In this document: in pieces, positions 38,347 to 54,015 of the stretch | How the letters are laid out: every line of letters starts with the position of its first letter | How positions within the stretch are numbered: position 1 is the stretch's first letter | Assembly (NCBI GenBank): GCA_951406725.2 | Contig: OX597818.1 | Location: 125,116,001 to 125,180,000 of the forward strand | Source: Octopus vulgaris | Taxonomy: Eukaryota | DNA: 64,000 nt | Reading direction: 5' to 3' | The notes under the pieces: model-generated | Seen by the model: the letters and a program-made list of their open reading frames with translations, nothing else | Told to the model about the DNA's origin: nothing | The model's database searches: none | Program-made: the position numbers and the translations under genes

Positions 38347-39030
38347 GCAGTGTCCAACAATCTCCAACCTGTGGGCTTATGTCGAACGACTGCTGTCACG
38401 TGTGGGACGTGTCAGTTTATCAGCCGAGTCTATCGTTAATATCGTCACGCCTCCTTCCTTCAAACGGGAAGGAAGAGCTATTTTTATCATACTTGTGGCT
38501 ATGGCGAAAGAATGTATCTGGTGGATGCGCCTGAAAGGATTAGAGACAAACATTTTTCCTCTCTGGTCAATCTCTCATCAACTTCTTCAAGAACCACTTG
38601 AAGAGGAAAGTGAGAGTAGAGAGGCAAGTTTTATCTAGTGAATGTTTTAAAAAAAGATGGGTGAATGTAGCAAGGATGGCACGTATGAATGACGAAGCCA
38701 CCTTGACTATGATTCTATGAACCGTAAAAATTAATACAGAGAGTTGCTTATTTGCAAAAAAAAGAAAGAAATATAACATGTGACTTCATTGACCGAGGTT
38801 ACCGTGGTCTTTTCCGTAGGCTTTTCTTTCCACGGGTAAAATCACCTGTCCTCCCCTTTACACTTCTTTGTCCCTGTATGTTTAGCCCCTTGTCCTCTTT
38901 TGTCCTCTTTCTTTCCAGTTACGATCCCTTTTGTCGAAAACCAAACCCCCTTCTTTTACCCCCAAAAGAAAAGCTCTACCTTGTAATTTTGTCCTGTCTG
39001 TGTGCAGCCCTGTGTGGCTAATAAAGAAAC
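38347..39030 (+). mobile_element. Tx1/L1-clade LINE 3' fragment (same family as 26941-28034) with 14-bp TSD
   Basis: QCPTISNLWAYVERLLSRVGRVSLSAESIV...AKECIWW; TSD TATCTACTGGGGGG at 38333-38346 and 39032-39045. Confidence 0.92.
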
Positions 39031-39261
39031 ATATCTACTGGGGGGACAAATAATTACGCACCAAAACATTTGACATTTTATTATAATTATTATGTTATTA
39101 TTATTGTTATTATTCATTTTGTTCATCATGTACAAGTGCGTGTGTAATCATCATTATATATTTCATTCAATTTTTCTAAAATCGAAGCATGTCTTTAACA
39201 GTTCCGAGCGTATTGAACTGCTTTTGTGCGTGACTTTTGGCCCATCCTGGTTACACACACA

Positions 39262-39336
<75 letters not shown>

Positions 39337-39728
39337 AGTTAGGGTAACTCCCGGCCATTTTGTTTTACCCACACACACAAACATACATACATATACGCAC
39401 ATACACTAGATACCTCTTCAAATGCGTGCCAGAAATGTAAAGCCTTCAATATAAAACTGGAAATGTAACCGAAGTCCATTGGTAGGCTTCGGGGCGCAGC
39501 TTTTAACTTGACTGTGACTGACATTCTAACATAGCAGACATTGTTAGCAGTTAAATGTTAAAGGCTGGAAAAGTAACTTGGAAGTTCTTTAAAGTGCAGG
39601 TGGACGAGGACGATATTGCGTAGCTGAAGTGGCTGCAGGTGTGACAGCCTGCGTTTGTTGTTGTATGATTGGCAGCGTGGTTGTTTGTCTGACTATGTGA
39701 TCGTGTGTAGTTGTGTGTAGTTGTGTGC

Positions 39729-39817
<89 letters not shown>

Positions 39818-40953
39818 TGTGTGTGTGGTTGTGTTAGTTTTGCTTTACTGTGTTTGAAAACAACGCAGCTATGGTTTGCGATGCGGAGTTCTTTACCGCA
39901 GGGCCATTCCTGTCTGTTTTACACACACACGCACACACACGCGCACACGCACACATACACACACACACACGCACATACACACACACGCACACGCACACAC
40001 ATACGCACACGCACACATACACACATAAGCCCCCACACACACTCACCCACACATACCATGCATACACACACACTCACGCACACACACACACACATTCTCT
40101 CTCATACACATACACATACACATACGCATACACATACATACACATACGAATACACAAAAGACAACCGCATTTGTCTGTCTGTCTGTCTCCCTCTCTCTCT
40201 CTTCCTCTCTCTCTTTCTCTCTATTTATCTCTCCTTTTTTGTACATCGTTTTAAAATATATTCTTTTTTCTTTCCTTTAGCTCTAATTCACAACCTCGGT
40301 TATCTATCTATCTATCAAGTTACCTAAAGATACACTTAGTTTCAAAACAAACCCCGCTTTAGCTCCTTAACTACGAGCCTCTCCATATTCTCACCTTAAA
40401 CTACCTACCTACATATTCCCAGAAGTACACTTAAAACTTTTATTATCATTATTAAGCTCAACTAGTCTTACTCTCTTTAACTTCATGCCAAACGAATAAG
40501 AGACAAAAAAAAAAGACCATATAACATCCAAACATTTCTTGGACGAATTCCTCCAATGAATTCCAGATAAAGCATCTCTACCCGAATATATACCCGTAAA
40601 TGATAATTCTTTATTCGAATGAGTTATGGTGTCCAAATCATGATTGCAACATGAAACTTAATTAAATGTCTTCTCCATGTGGTGCTTTTAAATTAGTCAA
40701 AATCTGGGTCAATTCTGACCAAAATCTATCTAGGTACCCAAGTATATAAATATATCGTTTCTTATACTTAATCTCTCTTTTTTAAATTTCATTATCAGGA
40801 GCGTAAGCTGTGCTCATAACCCTTTACTGGCTCTCTGAGACTGGTGAAGAGTGAAAGAGGAAAGTATCTTAAACTCGAGGAGGTGGCAACAAACTGGATT
40901 CCATTAAAGGTTACCAAAGCATCAAATGTTCTCACATGGCGATGGATCAAGTT

Positions 40954-41100
40954 CAGTCGTGGCAAAAAGTTTGGAACCTAGGTCTGAAAATTAGAATTTG
41001 TATAGTAAATACCCAAATATATACGTTGCATATATTTGAATTGAATTGTACTTAACAATTTTAATTTTTTAAAAATGTCCCAAACTTTTGGTCACGACTG
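40954..41100. mobile_element. Tc1-type MITE
   Basis: CAGTCGTGGCAAAAAGTTTGGAAC / GTCCCAAACTTTTGGTCACGACTG-TA imperfect 24-bp TIRs. Confidence 0.8.
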
Positions 41101-41259
41101 TAGGCCGCGGTGGGATTTGAACCTAAAAGGTAAAGAGCTGGAAAAAATACCGCGTGGTCCTCTCTGTTGTTCTTACAGTTAATTTCGTCAATTCACTGCC
41201 CGAAGCTAATGTTTTTTTTATCGAACTCCAAAAAAAAAGAAAAAATAAATAAATAAATA

Positions 41260-41424
41260 GGCGCAGGAATGGCTGTGTGGTAAGTAGCTTGCTAACCAAC
41301 CACATGGTTCCAGGTTCAGTCCCACTGCATGGCACCTTGGGCAAGTGTCTTCTACTATAGCCTCGGGCCGACCAATGCCTTGTGAGTGGATTTGGTAGAC
41401 GGAAACTGAAAGAAGACCGTCGTA

Positions 41425-41505
<81 letters not shown>

Positions 41506-41720
41506 CGTGTGTGTTTGTGTCTGTGTTTGTCTCCCTAGCTTGACAACCGATGCTGGTGTGTTTATGTCCCCGTCACTTAGCGGTTACGCAAATGAGACCG
41601 ATAGAATAAGTACTGGGCTTACAAAAGAATAAGTCCCGGGGTCGAGTTGCTCGATTAAAGGCGGTGCTCCAGCATGGCCGCAGTCAACTGACTGAAACAA
41701 GTAAAAGAGTAAAGAGTAAA
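41260..41720 (+). mobile_element. SINE-A, full length
   Basis: Matches the 5139 copy throughout. Confidence 0.95.
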
Positions 41721-42174
41721 ATAATTAAAATAAAAAATAGTAAAAAAAAAAAGGAAAGTTAAAAATCGACATCTACAGGATTTGAACTCAGAGAATTATG
41801 ATATTCTAACCGACCTTCAAACCACTCTGTCAGGCCAAGATATTTCAGCTGTGGCCATCAGGTATATGTAAGACAGCATTAATCAATGTATCCCACTTTT
41901 TTTTTATATTGTAAGGCAGTATGATTTGATGCAATTCCTCAAGGACAGAATGATAATAAATTTAACACTCGGTCAGAGCAGACTTGGATCAAAGCAAATA
42001 CGACTACAATAACAATATTAATGTAGGAGCCTAACCAGTCTGATTTAATGCGAAATGTTCAATATAGCTATTATACATCCGAGTGCTTAGGATGACTTCG
42101 CTCCCACCACGGGCCACTTCTTCTCTATATGAATGTGGGTGTTCCGGCTTGAATTATGCATAGAAAAGCCTATG

Positions 42175-42208
<34 letters not shown>

Positions 42209-42232
42209 CATACATACATGCATATACACTGA

Positions 42233-42297
<65 letters not shown>

Positions 42298-42355
42298 GTC
42301 TGTCTGATGTCTGTCTGTCTGTCTGTCTATCCATCCATCCATCCATCCATCCATC

Positions 42356-42427
<72 letters not shown>

Positions 42428-42436
42428 ATCTATCTT

Positions 42437-42515
<79 letters not shown>

Positions 42516-42553
42516 GCCTGCCTGCCTGCCTGCCTGTCTGTCTGTCTGTCTGT
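42233..42553. repeat. (TATC)/(TGTC)/(CATC)/(TGCC) compound tetranucleotide repeat
   Basis: Direct inspection. Confidence 0.95.
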
Positions 42554-42566
42554 CGAATCACAATAA

Positions 42567-42752
42567 AGCGGTGAGCACGCTGGGCAAAATGTTTTGCTGT
42601 ATTTCACCAGTCTTAACGTTCTGAGCTCGAATTTTCCTTTCATCCTTTCGGGGTCGATAAAATAAGCATCAGTTGAATACTGGGGTCGTTATAATCGACT
42701 TAACCTGCAATCCCACACGAGATTTCTGGCCTTGTGCCAAAACTTGAAACCA
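42567..42752 (+). mobile_element. Older SINE-B-related copy
   Basis: CCTTTCATCCTTTCGGGGTCGATAAAATAAG core, GGCCTTGTGCCAAAA tail. Confidence 0.7.
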
Positions 42753-43259
42753 ATATATTGAATCGCAATAAACGGATGTTAACTAGGAATAAAAACATGA
42801 AGAACTAAAGTGCTAGGAGCTAAGTTGTCTGGATCATCTTGAAGAACTGAGACGAAAGATAAAGTTTCGCACTGACATGCCAACCACTTTGTATAACAAT
42901 CCTTTCTTATGTCCAATCTGTGGAATTTTCTGTAAGTCGTTGGTTGGATTTAATGTCTCATAAAAGTCATAGGCATCCAAACAAAAACAAAAGAAAAACG
43001 TTTTTGTTAAATGTTCTCATACGTTGAAATCGACGGTTGAACCCCTCACACACGCACACACACACACACACATACACACATACACACAGACGAAATATAA
43101 TTACATAGAACACACACACACATACAGGCATACACACATAAAAGAGCTATGAGTGGTAGATGTGAAATCAATTAGATACGGTGCATGTGACATTGACAGA
43201 ACGGCATAACGATATGAAGTATTAAAAGAGATATATGTGAATGTATGTGTGAGTGAATG

Positions 43260-43324
<65 letters not shown>

Positions 43325-44043
43325 CAGAGACAGAGACAGAGAAAGAAAGGAAGAAAGAAAGAGGTGGTGTGAATATGATGGAGTTTGATTAAAACAATTA
43401 TTTCATAGCGATAAGGAGGAGATAAGGAGACGCCAGAGGGGTAAGTGGTTTTACGGAGTGTTTCAAATAAAAGTTAACAACAATGTATTGGTTGCGATGC
43501 TGGTGTCAGTGATGGTGGTGGTGGTGGTGGCCGTGGTGGTGGTGGTGGTGGTGGCCGTGGTGGTGGTGGTGGTAGTGGTGGTGGTGGTGGTGGTGGTGGT
43601 GGCCGTGGTGGTGGTAGTGGTGGTGGTGGTTGTAGTTGTGTTTCTAATGAGAGGAGGATGGTGGTCTTTGTGGTGTCTATCAAAATTTGACATATTTGGT
43701 GGAGAAAAAAAAATGGTGATTGAAAAGAGAGGAGTTAAGGAACGTTTAAAACATGAGACGACAGAGAGAGAGAGTGAGAAAGAGAGAGAGAGAAGAAGAA
43801 GAAGAGGGAGACAGATTGAGAGAGGGGGAGGAGGGGAGGGAGAGAGGAATGAGAGAAATATAGAAGCATTCACTCACAAAAAATGGGAGGTTGATTACTG
43901 TCAAATGGAATGATAATAAATATGATAAATAGCAGGAATGTGTAATGGAATGAAATGATATATACACAATACACACACACACACACGCATGCACGCAAAC
44001 TCACACACAAACACACACACACATATGTATATGCACAAATACA

Positions 44044-44096
<53 letters not shown>

Positions 44097-44165
44097 GCAT
44101 TATATACATCTACATAAATATAAATTCATATGTATGCATGCCCACACCTATGTATGTTATGTATG

Positions 44166-44222
<57 letters not shown>

Positions 44223-45117
44223 GGAATAATAATGTGGCTCAAGGAAACGACAACTGAAAATACAAGGAAACCTGAAAAAACACACACAATGGATGCAAAC
44301 ATGCTCAATTTTTGTCAGTTGTCGACCAAATATCATTATAATTTCGACACCTTTTAATAATAATGTTCAATATAGCGGTGTCAGCAACAGACCATGATAG
44401 ACGAACACGAAATGAAAATAGAAAAGACAAGCACAATAACAACAAAAAAGGAAGAAAGACCGAGCAGCACAAAGGACGACTCGTGAAGAGGACGGAAGAT
44501 ATATATATATATATATATATATAATGTAAGAAACAAATAAGTACAGTGACAAAAAGAAAAACAAAGCAAAAGAAAATGACAGATATATTCGTATACATAC
44601 ACTGTTTTTCGACTTGGCAACAGCAATAAAATAAGACTTGTTGCGTGAAGTAACGTCGATAGGCAAAATGGTGGTCCTTTCAAACTTTATATATATGTAT
44701 ATATATATATATATAATTTTCAAAATTACTTTAAAAGTTAGACAAACCAGCAGAAGAAACTAAATATTAAATGACGAATCAGGTGCAGGGAAAAAATGTA
44801 GCTGACCCATAGAATGGTCAACGTAGAAGAAAGAAAACAAAAATGGGTAACTTAAAAAGCATGGTCACGGTATGTCTTTTGGGAGGAGAAAGAATGAAAG
44901 ATGCTAGTGGTAGACAGAAAGAGGAAGAGTGAGAGAAAAACCTTTCAAAGACGGAACAGTGTAGAAATGGATGATATATATATATATGTAGGTCCCGGGT
45001 TGAGTCGGGGTTAACCACAATAAATAAGGTACTCAATACATAGCAGAGTAAATTAATTTATTTTATAGAAGGAGTTCTACAGGACTAGAACTGTTTCATT
45101 CAAAGAAATCATCAGGA

Positions 45118-45168
45118 AGCTTCCTGATGATTTCTTTTGAATGAAACAGTTCTAGTCCTGTAGAAGCT
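45118..45168 (+). ncRNA. Type I hammerhead ribozyme motif (mirror copy on minus strand at ~45074-45121)
   Basis: AGCTTC-CTGATGA-TTTC-TTTT-GAAT-GAAA-CAG-TTCTAGTC-CTG-TA-GAAGCT: 6-bp stem I, 3-bp stem III, GUA site; first stem II pair is U.U. Confidence 0.7.
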
Positions 45169-45178
45169 CCTTCTATAA

Positions 45179-45311
<133 letters not shown>

Positions 45312-45639
45312 ATGCGTGTGTGTCTGTGTGTGTGTGTATAACCAGCCGAAATTGCAAAGGTAATCTGGAACTCGACTGAGGATAGAAAACTTTGAATGAC
45401 CCGTCCTTCTTTCCTTGTATTGTCTGTCTGGATGTTTTGTTGTCCTGTTTTTGTATTACCTAACTGTCTGGATATTTTGCGCTCTTGTCCCATTTTTGGG
45501 AACAGAGGACTAGGAGAAGCTATCGCAAATCGCAGGATTATCAAGGGAAATTTTAGTGGCACATCACCTAATCAACAAAGCTGTCCGTAAAGGAGCGAAG
45601 CTGCCCTATTGAAAACTACTGACTCTATAGTTGGATAAT

Positions 45640-45772
45640 CCTTTCTACCGTAGGTACAAGACCTGGATTTAGTGGCGAGGGGGGAAAGTCGATTACATCG
45701 ACCTCAGTACTCAACTGGTACTTAATTTATCGACCCCGAAAGGATGAAAGGCAAAGTCGAACTCGGCGGAAT
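45640..45772 (-). mobile_element. SINE-B-related fragment
   Basis: AAGTCGATTACATCGACC...TTATCGACCCCGAAAGGATGAAAGGCAAAGTCGA. Confidence 0.8.
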
Positions 45773-46570
45773 ACTGTATAGTTAGATAATAAGAAAGTAT
45801 TTGATTTTAACTTTTACCCATGGATAATAGAATCCCTAGGCCTTGCAAAGATTCCAACATCTACACTTAACGTTGTTTAGAGACTAACATCAGCATTATG
45901 TACAGAGCTATCGATTAAAACATCAAGGATATCTCAGAGTGACAGCATTATGTTTAATGTCTTTCTTCCCGACAGGGCGCCTAAGATGTCATAATCGAAA
46001 ACCAGACACAACTAATCACTAGGCCATGTGCTTTCACAATTTAATGAGTCTAAAAGTAAAGATACGACGATTAAGAGCGAACTTTAAATTTACCGGCTGG
46101 TCCTATGGTGACAAATTAACTGTGGATATAAAAATATTCTCCCATTAGCAAATTATTATTAGTCTTTTTGTAAGGACTTAAATGGGTTTAAAGCTAATGA
46201 TGAGATTTAATGGGCATAAAGTTGCAGTTGAGATTATGAAGTAGAAGTCTATTAAGAATAATTAAGAGTGATGATTCCGTTAATAAAGTTAATTCAGTAA
46301 TATAAACATAGCAATAAATAACTAAATATATAGAATAAATAAACAAAAGTAAGTAGGTTAATGGTATATAATGTAGGGGTTATTGCCATATGTTGTACTG
46401 AAAGTGCTGAATAAAGACATATAGAAGAAAGTTATAAAAGATGAAATTAGCAGAAAGGGAATTACATTTAATGAGGAAGCGGGGATGGTTGAAATACGTT
46501 AATATGTATGTATATGAGTGTGTGTGTGTGTGCTAATATACACACAGAGACTCACACATATATATGCATA

Positions 46571-46606
<36 letters not shown>

Positions 46607-46662
46607 TACATACATACAAGCGTACATACATATACGTCCAGATATATATATATATATATATA

Positions 46663-46798
<136 letters not shown>

Positions 46799-47282
46799 TA
46801 AATCAAAATTGAAAAGCAATAAAGATAAAGCGAAAGGGAGGATTGATTAGGAGGGGGTGTTATATTAAAGAGAGAAGGCAGTATAATTCTAGCTTGAGAA
46901 TTGTATTGGTTAGGGACGTAACTGAAGTGTTATATGGAGTGTATTTTGACTTCTTCATAAGAAAAATAAAGGACGAAAACTCTAAGTGTATAAAGGGTCA
47001 ATAAAAAATAGCTTGCTGAAATAGGAAGTATTGGAGTCAAAAATAAAGTGTTAGTAAAATAAGTATGAAGTCCTAATATGAATATAATTAAGAGGGGTTA
47101 TAAGTTAATTGATTAAGCATAATTATTGTGTGAAATCTTTATATCCTTGATTGCGGATATCTGATTTTAACGAAGCATGGGGTAAAGCAATGTATTCACA
47201 GACGTGTGTTAATATCTATCACCACAACAGAAGTATAACTGCGTTAAGTAGAATAATTGATTATAGTTCAATGCAAATGTAG

Positions 47283-47598
47283 TGAGCTGGTAGAATCGTA
47301 AGCATGCCGGACAAAATGCTTCGTAGCATTTCGTCCGTCTTTACGTTCTGAATTCAAATTCTGTCTAGGTCGACTTTGCCTTTCATCTTTTCGGAGTCGA
47401 TAAATTAAGTACCCAGCTGAGCCCCGGGGTCGATATAATCAACTTTCGAAATTGCTGGCTATGTGCCAAAATAACAATGGCGTAGGGTTCAATGTTACGG
47501 TAAGGCGTTGAGCTGGGGTCGATGTAATCGACTTAATCCGTTTGTCTGTCCTTGTTTGTCCTCTCCGTGTTTGGCCCCTTGAGGGTAGTAAAGAAATA
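47283..47598 (+). mobile_element. Older SINE-B-related copy (47283-47470) followed by a young SINE-B 3' end (47514-47598)
   Basis: Shared head, core and tail sequences. Confidence 0.8.
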
Positions 47599-47881
47599 GG
47601 TATCTACGAGATGCTCAGAATTAAATGAATAAAGATGAAAGGGGATGGACATTATGAAGAGGATAAAAATATAAAAATGGTATACGCATGTACGAGTAAA
47701 GCGCAGAGTAGGGAAATGGGTTTAGGAACTACCCTTCAAGGGAAAAGCAAAATTTTAACTTAATAACTAAACTTTAGTTATAAAGGACGTTAGAATGAGA
47801 ATTTGAGATGGCTTTTGAGGGTTAAATTATTGGCTTGGCTTGATACACACTCACACACATACACACAGACACACACATACA

Positions 47882-47956
<75 letters not shown>

Positions 47957-48194
47957 ACATACTGAAAAGTAATTTAGTTTTAGTGCTTCTTCATGGAGAG
48001 AAAGGATGGGTACATGGCTTTTGTTTACAGCATCCGAGACTAGAGAAAGAAATATGGGAATTATCCTCAAAGCATAGACTTGGCCTGTGTGCTTAAGACA
48101 CTCGAAGACCAGGTGATGGTGTTAACAGTATTAAAATCCTAAATTAAAACGTACTGACAGCTGTAAGTTGTGTATGTGTGTGTGTGTGTGTGCA

Positions 48195-48284
<90 letters not shown>

Positions 48285-48296
48285 ACTATCTATGTG

Positions 48297-48336
<40 letters not shown>

Positions 48337-48348
48337 CACACACATATA

Positions 48349-49795
48349 TCTTTAAAAAGGGGAATAAATCGCTCCCTGTAAACTACCGTCCAATCTCACC
48401 TCACATATCATCAAAGTATCTGAGAGAGTGTTGAAATGAAGAATAACAGCCTTCCTAGAACAAAATCTTCACCTAAATTTCAACCAGCATGGCTTTCATG
48501 GTGGGAGGGACTGTCTAACACAGCTCCTTCACCACTTTGATGCACTAAGTGAGGGTTCCAGCGCAGATGTCATAAACCTTGATTTCATCAAGGCCTTTGA
48601 CAGAGTCGGTCACAATATACTGTTAAAGAAACTATCCAACGCTGGAGTCGGTGGAAAGCTACTGTAATGGATTAGGTATATCCTAACAAACAGGACCCAG
48701 CATGTTGTGGTTGATAGCATCCACTCAAGACTAGCAAAAGCCATCAGCGGAGCCCCACAGGGTACTGTGCTGGGTCCACTTCTTTTTATTGTCTATATCA
48801 ATGATATTGCAGATTCCATTGAACATAGCACCAAAAAAATATTTGCAGATGACTCTAAGCTCCAGAAAGTCATTAAGGGAGCAAATGATCGATCGATGAT
48901 TCAATCGGTCATAGGCGCAGTAACCCATTGGGCACATAAAAAAACAATATGCAGTTGAATGAAGAAAAATTTGAGCTCATCCACTTTGGAAAAGAGGGCA
49001 CACTCAAACAATCATATACACTAGCGTCGGGAGACCTACTTGAACTGTCGGATAATATCGGAGACTTAGGTGTAACTGTCGACAGCAACCTTAGCTGGAG
49101 TGTGCACATCAACAAAAAAGTCGATGTTGTCGGCAGAATGTGCTCATGGATCCTCAGAACTTTTCTATCTAGGGATCATGAAACCACCATCCTTCTCTTC
49201 TCCACATTCGCTAGGCCCCGCCTCGGATACTGCTGCCCATTTTGGTCCCCTACAAAAAAACAAGACATCATAATGCGGATCGAAGCGCCACAAAGATCAG
49301 TCACTAAAAAAATAAATGGCATGATGGTATTTGATTATTGGGCTCGACTTAAACAGCTGAAACTCTCTTCTATGCAACGCCGCCGTGAGCGATACAATAT
49401 TTAGACTATGTGGAAAATATCCCACCAATATTATCGAAACGATACGAGTATTATGTTTACAATTCACCCAAGACTAGGTCCCCGTGCAACGCGTACCCTA
49501 CAAAAGTCGAGATCACATCACATAATTTCTTCGCTGCAAATGGCCCTGCTCTTTTCAGTGATATCCCGAAAGAAATTAAAATAGAAAAAGACCCCACAAC
49601 TTTCAAACGGTACCTGAACAAATTCCTCTACGAAATACCGGATAAACCACCTACACCTGGATACGTCTCAACCAACAATAACTCTCTGCTTGAGTGGTCC
49701 ATGGTATCCCGAAATAATTAACTAAAAGACTTTTCCAGGTGGTGCTATTGAGTTAGTCATGGCCTGGGCTGATAATGGGAATAAGCAATCTAAGT
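48349..49795 (+). mobile_element. CR1-group LINE, 5'-truncated, decayed
   Basis: KKG...NYRPIS, QHGF, DFIKAFD, PQGTVLGPLLF, FADD, DLGVTVD, RRRER and IPDKP motifs with stops and frameshifts. Confidence 0.92.
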
Positions 49796-49802
49796 TGTAT
49801 AA

Positions 49803-50000
49803 CGCCATGATAGATCGTTAGCCACTACACACATTTTTTTCTCTCTCCTTGTTTCTCTCCTTTTTTCTGTGTCCCTTTCTGTAGAAGAGCGTAGGCTCGA
49901 AATGTAAAAGACTTTTTCTATTCCTGAGCGTTATACTAATACAACTGTTTGTTTAGTATACCACCTGTCTTTGTCTTTTGTTGTTTTTTTCGTAAATTCT

Positions 50001-50003
<3 letters not shown>
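49803..50003 (+). mobile_element. Second copy of the 14314-14486 hammerhead-like repeat
   Basis: CTTT-CTGTAGA-A-GAGC-GTAG-GCTC-GAAA-TG-TA-AAAG at 49875-49910; followed by long (TA)n. Confidence 0.65.
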
Positions 50004-50087
<84 letters not shown>

Positions 50088-50142
50088 TATACATATATAT
50101 ATGCATGTATATATAATAATAATAATAATGATAATAATAATA

Positions 50143-51152
<1,010 letters not shown>

Positions 51153-51159
51153 GTATATA

Positions 51160-51319
51160 CAGGGTTACTCAAAAGTCACTCGACAATAAATCAAAATTCC
51201 ATAAATACTATTTGTAATTCTGTATTGGCTCGAATTATTAAATTCATTCAGTTGTTAAACATAAATCTTGGAATTAAATGGTTTTGATGTACTGTCATGT
51301 GACTTTTTGCCAAACCCGG
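51160..51319. mobile_element. Tc1/mariner-type MITE
   Basis: TA-CAGGGTTACTCAAAAGTCAC / GTGACTTTTTGCCAAACCCGG-TA imperfect TIRs. Confidence 0.6.
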
Positions 51320-51331
51320 TATGTATGTGTC

Positions 51332-51385
<54 letters not shown>

Positions 51386-51391
51386 ACACAC

Positions 51392-51424
<33 letters not shown>

Positions 51425-51455
51425 TGTATGTATGTATGTATGTATGTATGTATGC

Positions 51456-51744
51456 GAGCTCGAATCCCGGACCGGGCTGCGTGTTGTGTTCTCGAGCAAG
51501 GCACTTTATTTCACGTTGCTCCAGTTCACTCAGCTGTAGAAATGAGTTGCGACGTCACTGGTGCCAAGCTGTATCGACCTTTGTCTTTCCCTTGGATAAC
51601 ACTGGTGGCGTGGAGAGGGGAGGCTGGTATGCATGGGCGACTGCTGGCCTTCCATAAAAACAACCTTGCCCAGACTTGTGTCTAGGAGGGTAACTTTCTA
51701 GGTGCAATCCCATGGTCATTCATGACCGAAGGGGGTCTTTACCC

Positions 51745-51748
<4 letters not shown>
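51456..51748 (+). mobile_element. 5'-truncated SINE-D-related element with a different tail
   Basis: TTGTGTTCTCGAGCAAGGCACTTTATTTCACGTTGCTCCAGTTCACTCAGCTG shared with 15219 and 29346-29440. Confidence 0.75.
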
Positions 51749-51804
<56 letters not shown>

Positions 51805-51806
<2 letters not shown>

Positions 51807-51923
51807 GGCCTGCTCGCTTAACCAGTGGGGTGGCGTCATTCGAAGGCTAAAACAATGTGAACGCATTGTGACCAGCGATGTGTAACTACATCTGATGGAC
51901 TGGTCGGTCACGTGATCACGTGA
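51805..51923 (+). mobile_element. 3' tail fragment of the 25230-type SINE
   Basis: Near-identical to 25392-25506. Confidence 0.9.
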
Positions 51924-51999
51924 TATATTAATATATATATTTATATGTCACTAAAGTGACTGAGGCCACCCCTTATTTATATTGATATGCGCGCTCGTG

Positions 52000-52042
<43 letters not shown>

Positions 52043-52524
52043 GTATACATATATATATATATATAAATATATATATATATATGTATGCACACACACATAT
52101 ACGCACATATGTATGTATGTGTATGTATATATATGAGGCCACCCTTGTTTATATTAATGTGTGTGTATAAATGTACTCATAGATACATATATGTGTAGCA
52201 GAATGCCTGTGTGTGTATGTGTATGTGTGTCTAGATAGATAATTCAGGAGAGAGATAATAATGCCCAGCTCAATGGACATATTTTACAAAAATGTAAACA
52301 AAAGGCAGATGGTTTATTCGAACAAATTGTTCATCATTGTTTCCTCTACACATTTATAATAATACATGACCACCAACATCACACCCATCACATCATTCCA
52401 AAACCCCCGTGACACCACCATCGCCGCTGCCCACCGCCATCGTCATCGTCATCGTCATCATTATTATTACAACCCTCGCATTCTTCACAGCAATCTGAAA
52501 GTAGACAAGGAAGTAGAGATACAA

Positions 52525-53268
52525 ACCACCACCACCACCACCACCACCACCACCACTACCACCATCACTACTACCACCACCACTACTACCACGACGACGA
52601 CGACGACCACCACCACCACCACTACCATCACCACTACTACCACCACCACCACCACTACCACCACCACTACTACCACCACCACTACTACCACCACCACTAC
52701 TACCACCACCACCACCACCACCACCACCACTACCACCACCACCACCACCACCACTACCACCACCACTACTAAAACCACCACTACTACCACCACCAATACT
52801 ACCACCACCATCACTACCACCACCACCACTACCACCACCACTACTACCACCACCACTACTACCACGACGACGACGACCACCACCACCACCACCACTACCA
52901 TCACCACTACTACCACCACCACCACCACTACCACCACCACTACTACCACCACCACCACCACCACTACTACCACCACCACTACTAAAACCACCACCACTAC
53001 TACCACCACCACTACTACCACCACCACCACTACCACCACCACTACTAAAACCACCACTACTACCACCACCACCACTACCACCACCATCACTACCACCACC
53101 ACTACTACCACCACCACTACTACCACCACCACTACTACCACCACCACTACTACCACCACCACCACTACTACCACCACCACCACTACCACCACCACCACCA
53201 CCACCACTACCACCACCACTACTACCACTACCACTACTACCACCACCACCACCACCACCACCACCACC
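52525..53268. repeat. Long compound (ACC/ACT/ACG)n microsatellite with internal block duplications
   Basis: ACG runs at ~52591 and ~52864; ACTAAAACC interruptions at ~52768, 52981 and 53044. Confidence 0.95.
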
Positions 53269-53565
53269 AATATCCCCACCATCAGCATCATCACCAACAT
53301 CATCGTCTAATACGTCAAAAGGAAACAATATAATAAAACAATTGCGTGTCTGACTGTTGCCACCATCACGCCATTCAACCCTCTCTTTATACTACTTCTG
53401 CCCCTCTCAGACGTCCCCCGTTTTCACCGCTTGATATGTTGACACTTGCGACATCTCACTTATTCCATACATAATTGCTCTTCCATTCAAGTATGAAATT
53501 AAGAAGATGATTCTTCCTCTTAAAGATAATTCTCTTTTGGATTTGTTATCACTAGCATTACTCTC

Positions 53566-53613
53566 ATTGTTGTTGCTGCTGTTGTTATTATTATTATTAT
53601 TATTATTAATTTT

Positions 53614-53706
<93 letters not shown>

Positions 53707-53741
53707 TAAAAAAAAAAATAATAATGATAATAATAATAATT

Positions 53742-53775
<34 letters not shown>

Positions 53776-53806
53776 CAATAAAAATAATAAAAATAAAAAT
53801 AATAAA

Positions 53807-53856
<50 letters not shown>

Positions 53857-53956
53857 CAACAATAATAATGATAATAAAAATAATAAAAATGATAATAATG
53901 ATAATAATAACAAGAAGAAGAAGAAGAAGAAGAAGAAGAACAACAACAACAACAAC

Positions 53957-54013
<57 letters not shown>
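53566..54013. repeat. (TTA)n/(AAT)n compound trinucleotide repeat
   Basis: Direct inspection. Confidence 0.95.

Positions 54014-54015
<2 letters not shown>

Noticed and set aside
44328-44395. GACACC/GGTGTC-GAAA-TTATAA hairpin on the minus strand
   Set aside because: Core and cleavage site both non-canonical; at most a very old remnant
45370-45410. CTGAGGA/CTGAAGA in the 45337 and 59553 repeat family
   Set aside because: Followed by GAAT rather than GAAA, with no consistent stems
52366-53310. 314-aa poly-Thr ORF (mucin-like) and the antisense poly-Val and poly-Gly ORFs
   Set aside because: Fully explained by an (ACC/ACT)n microsatellite; no signal peptide or domain; similar tracts occur at 13597 and 43510
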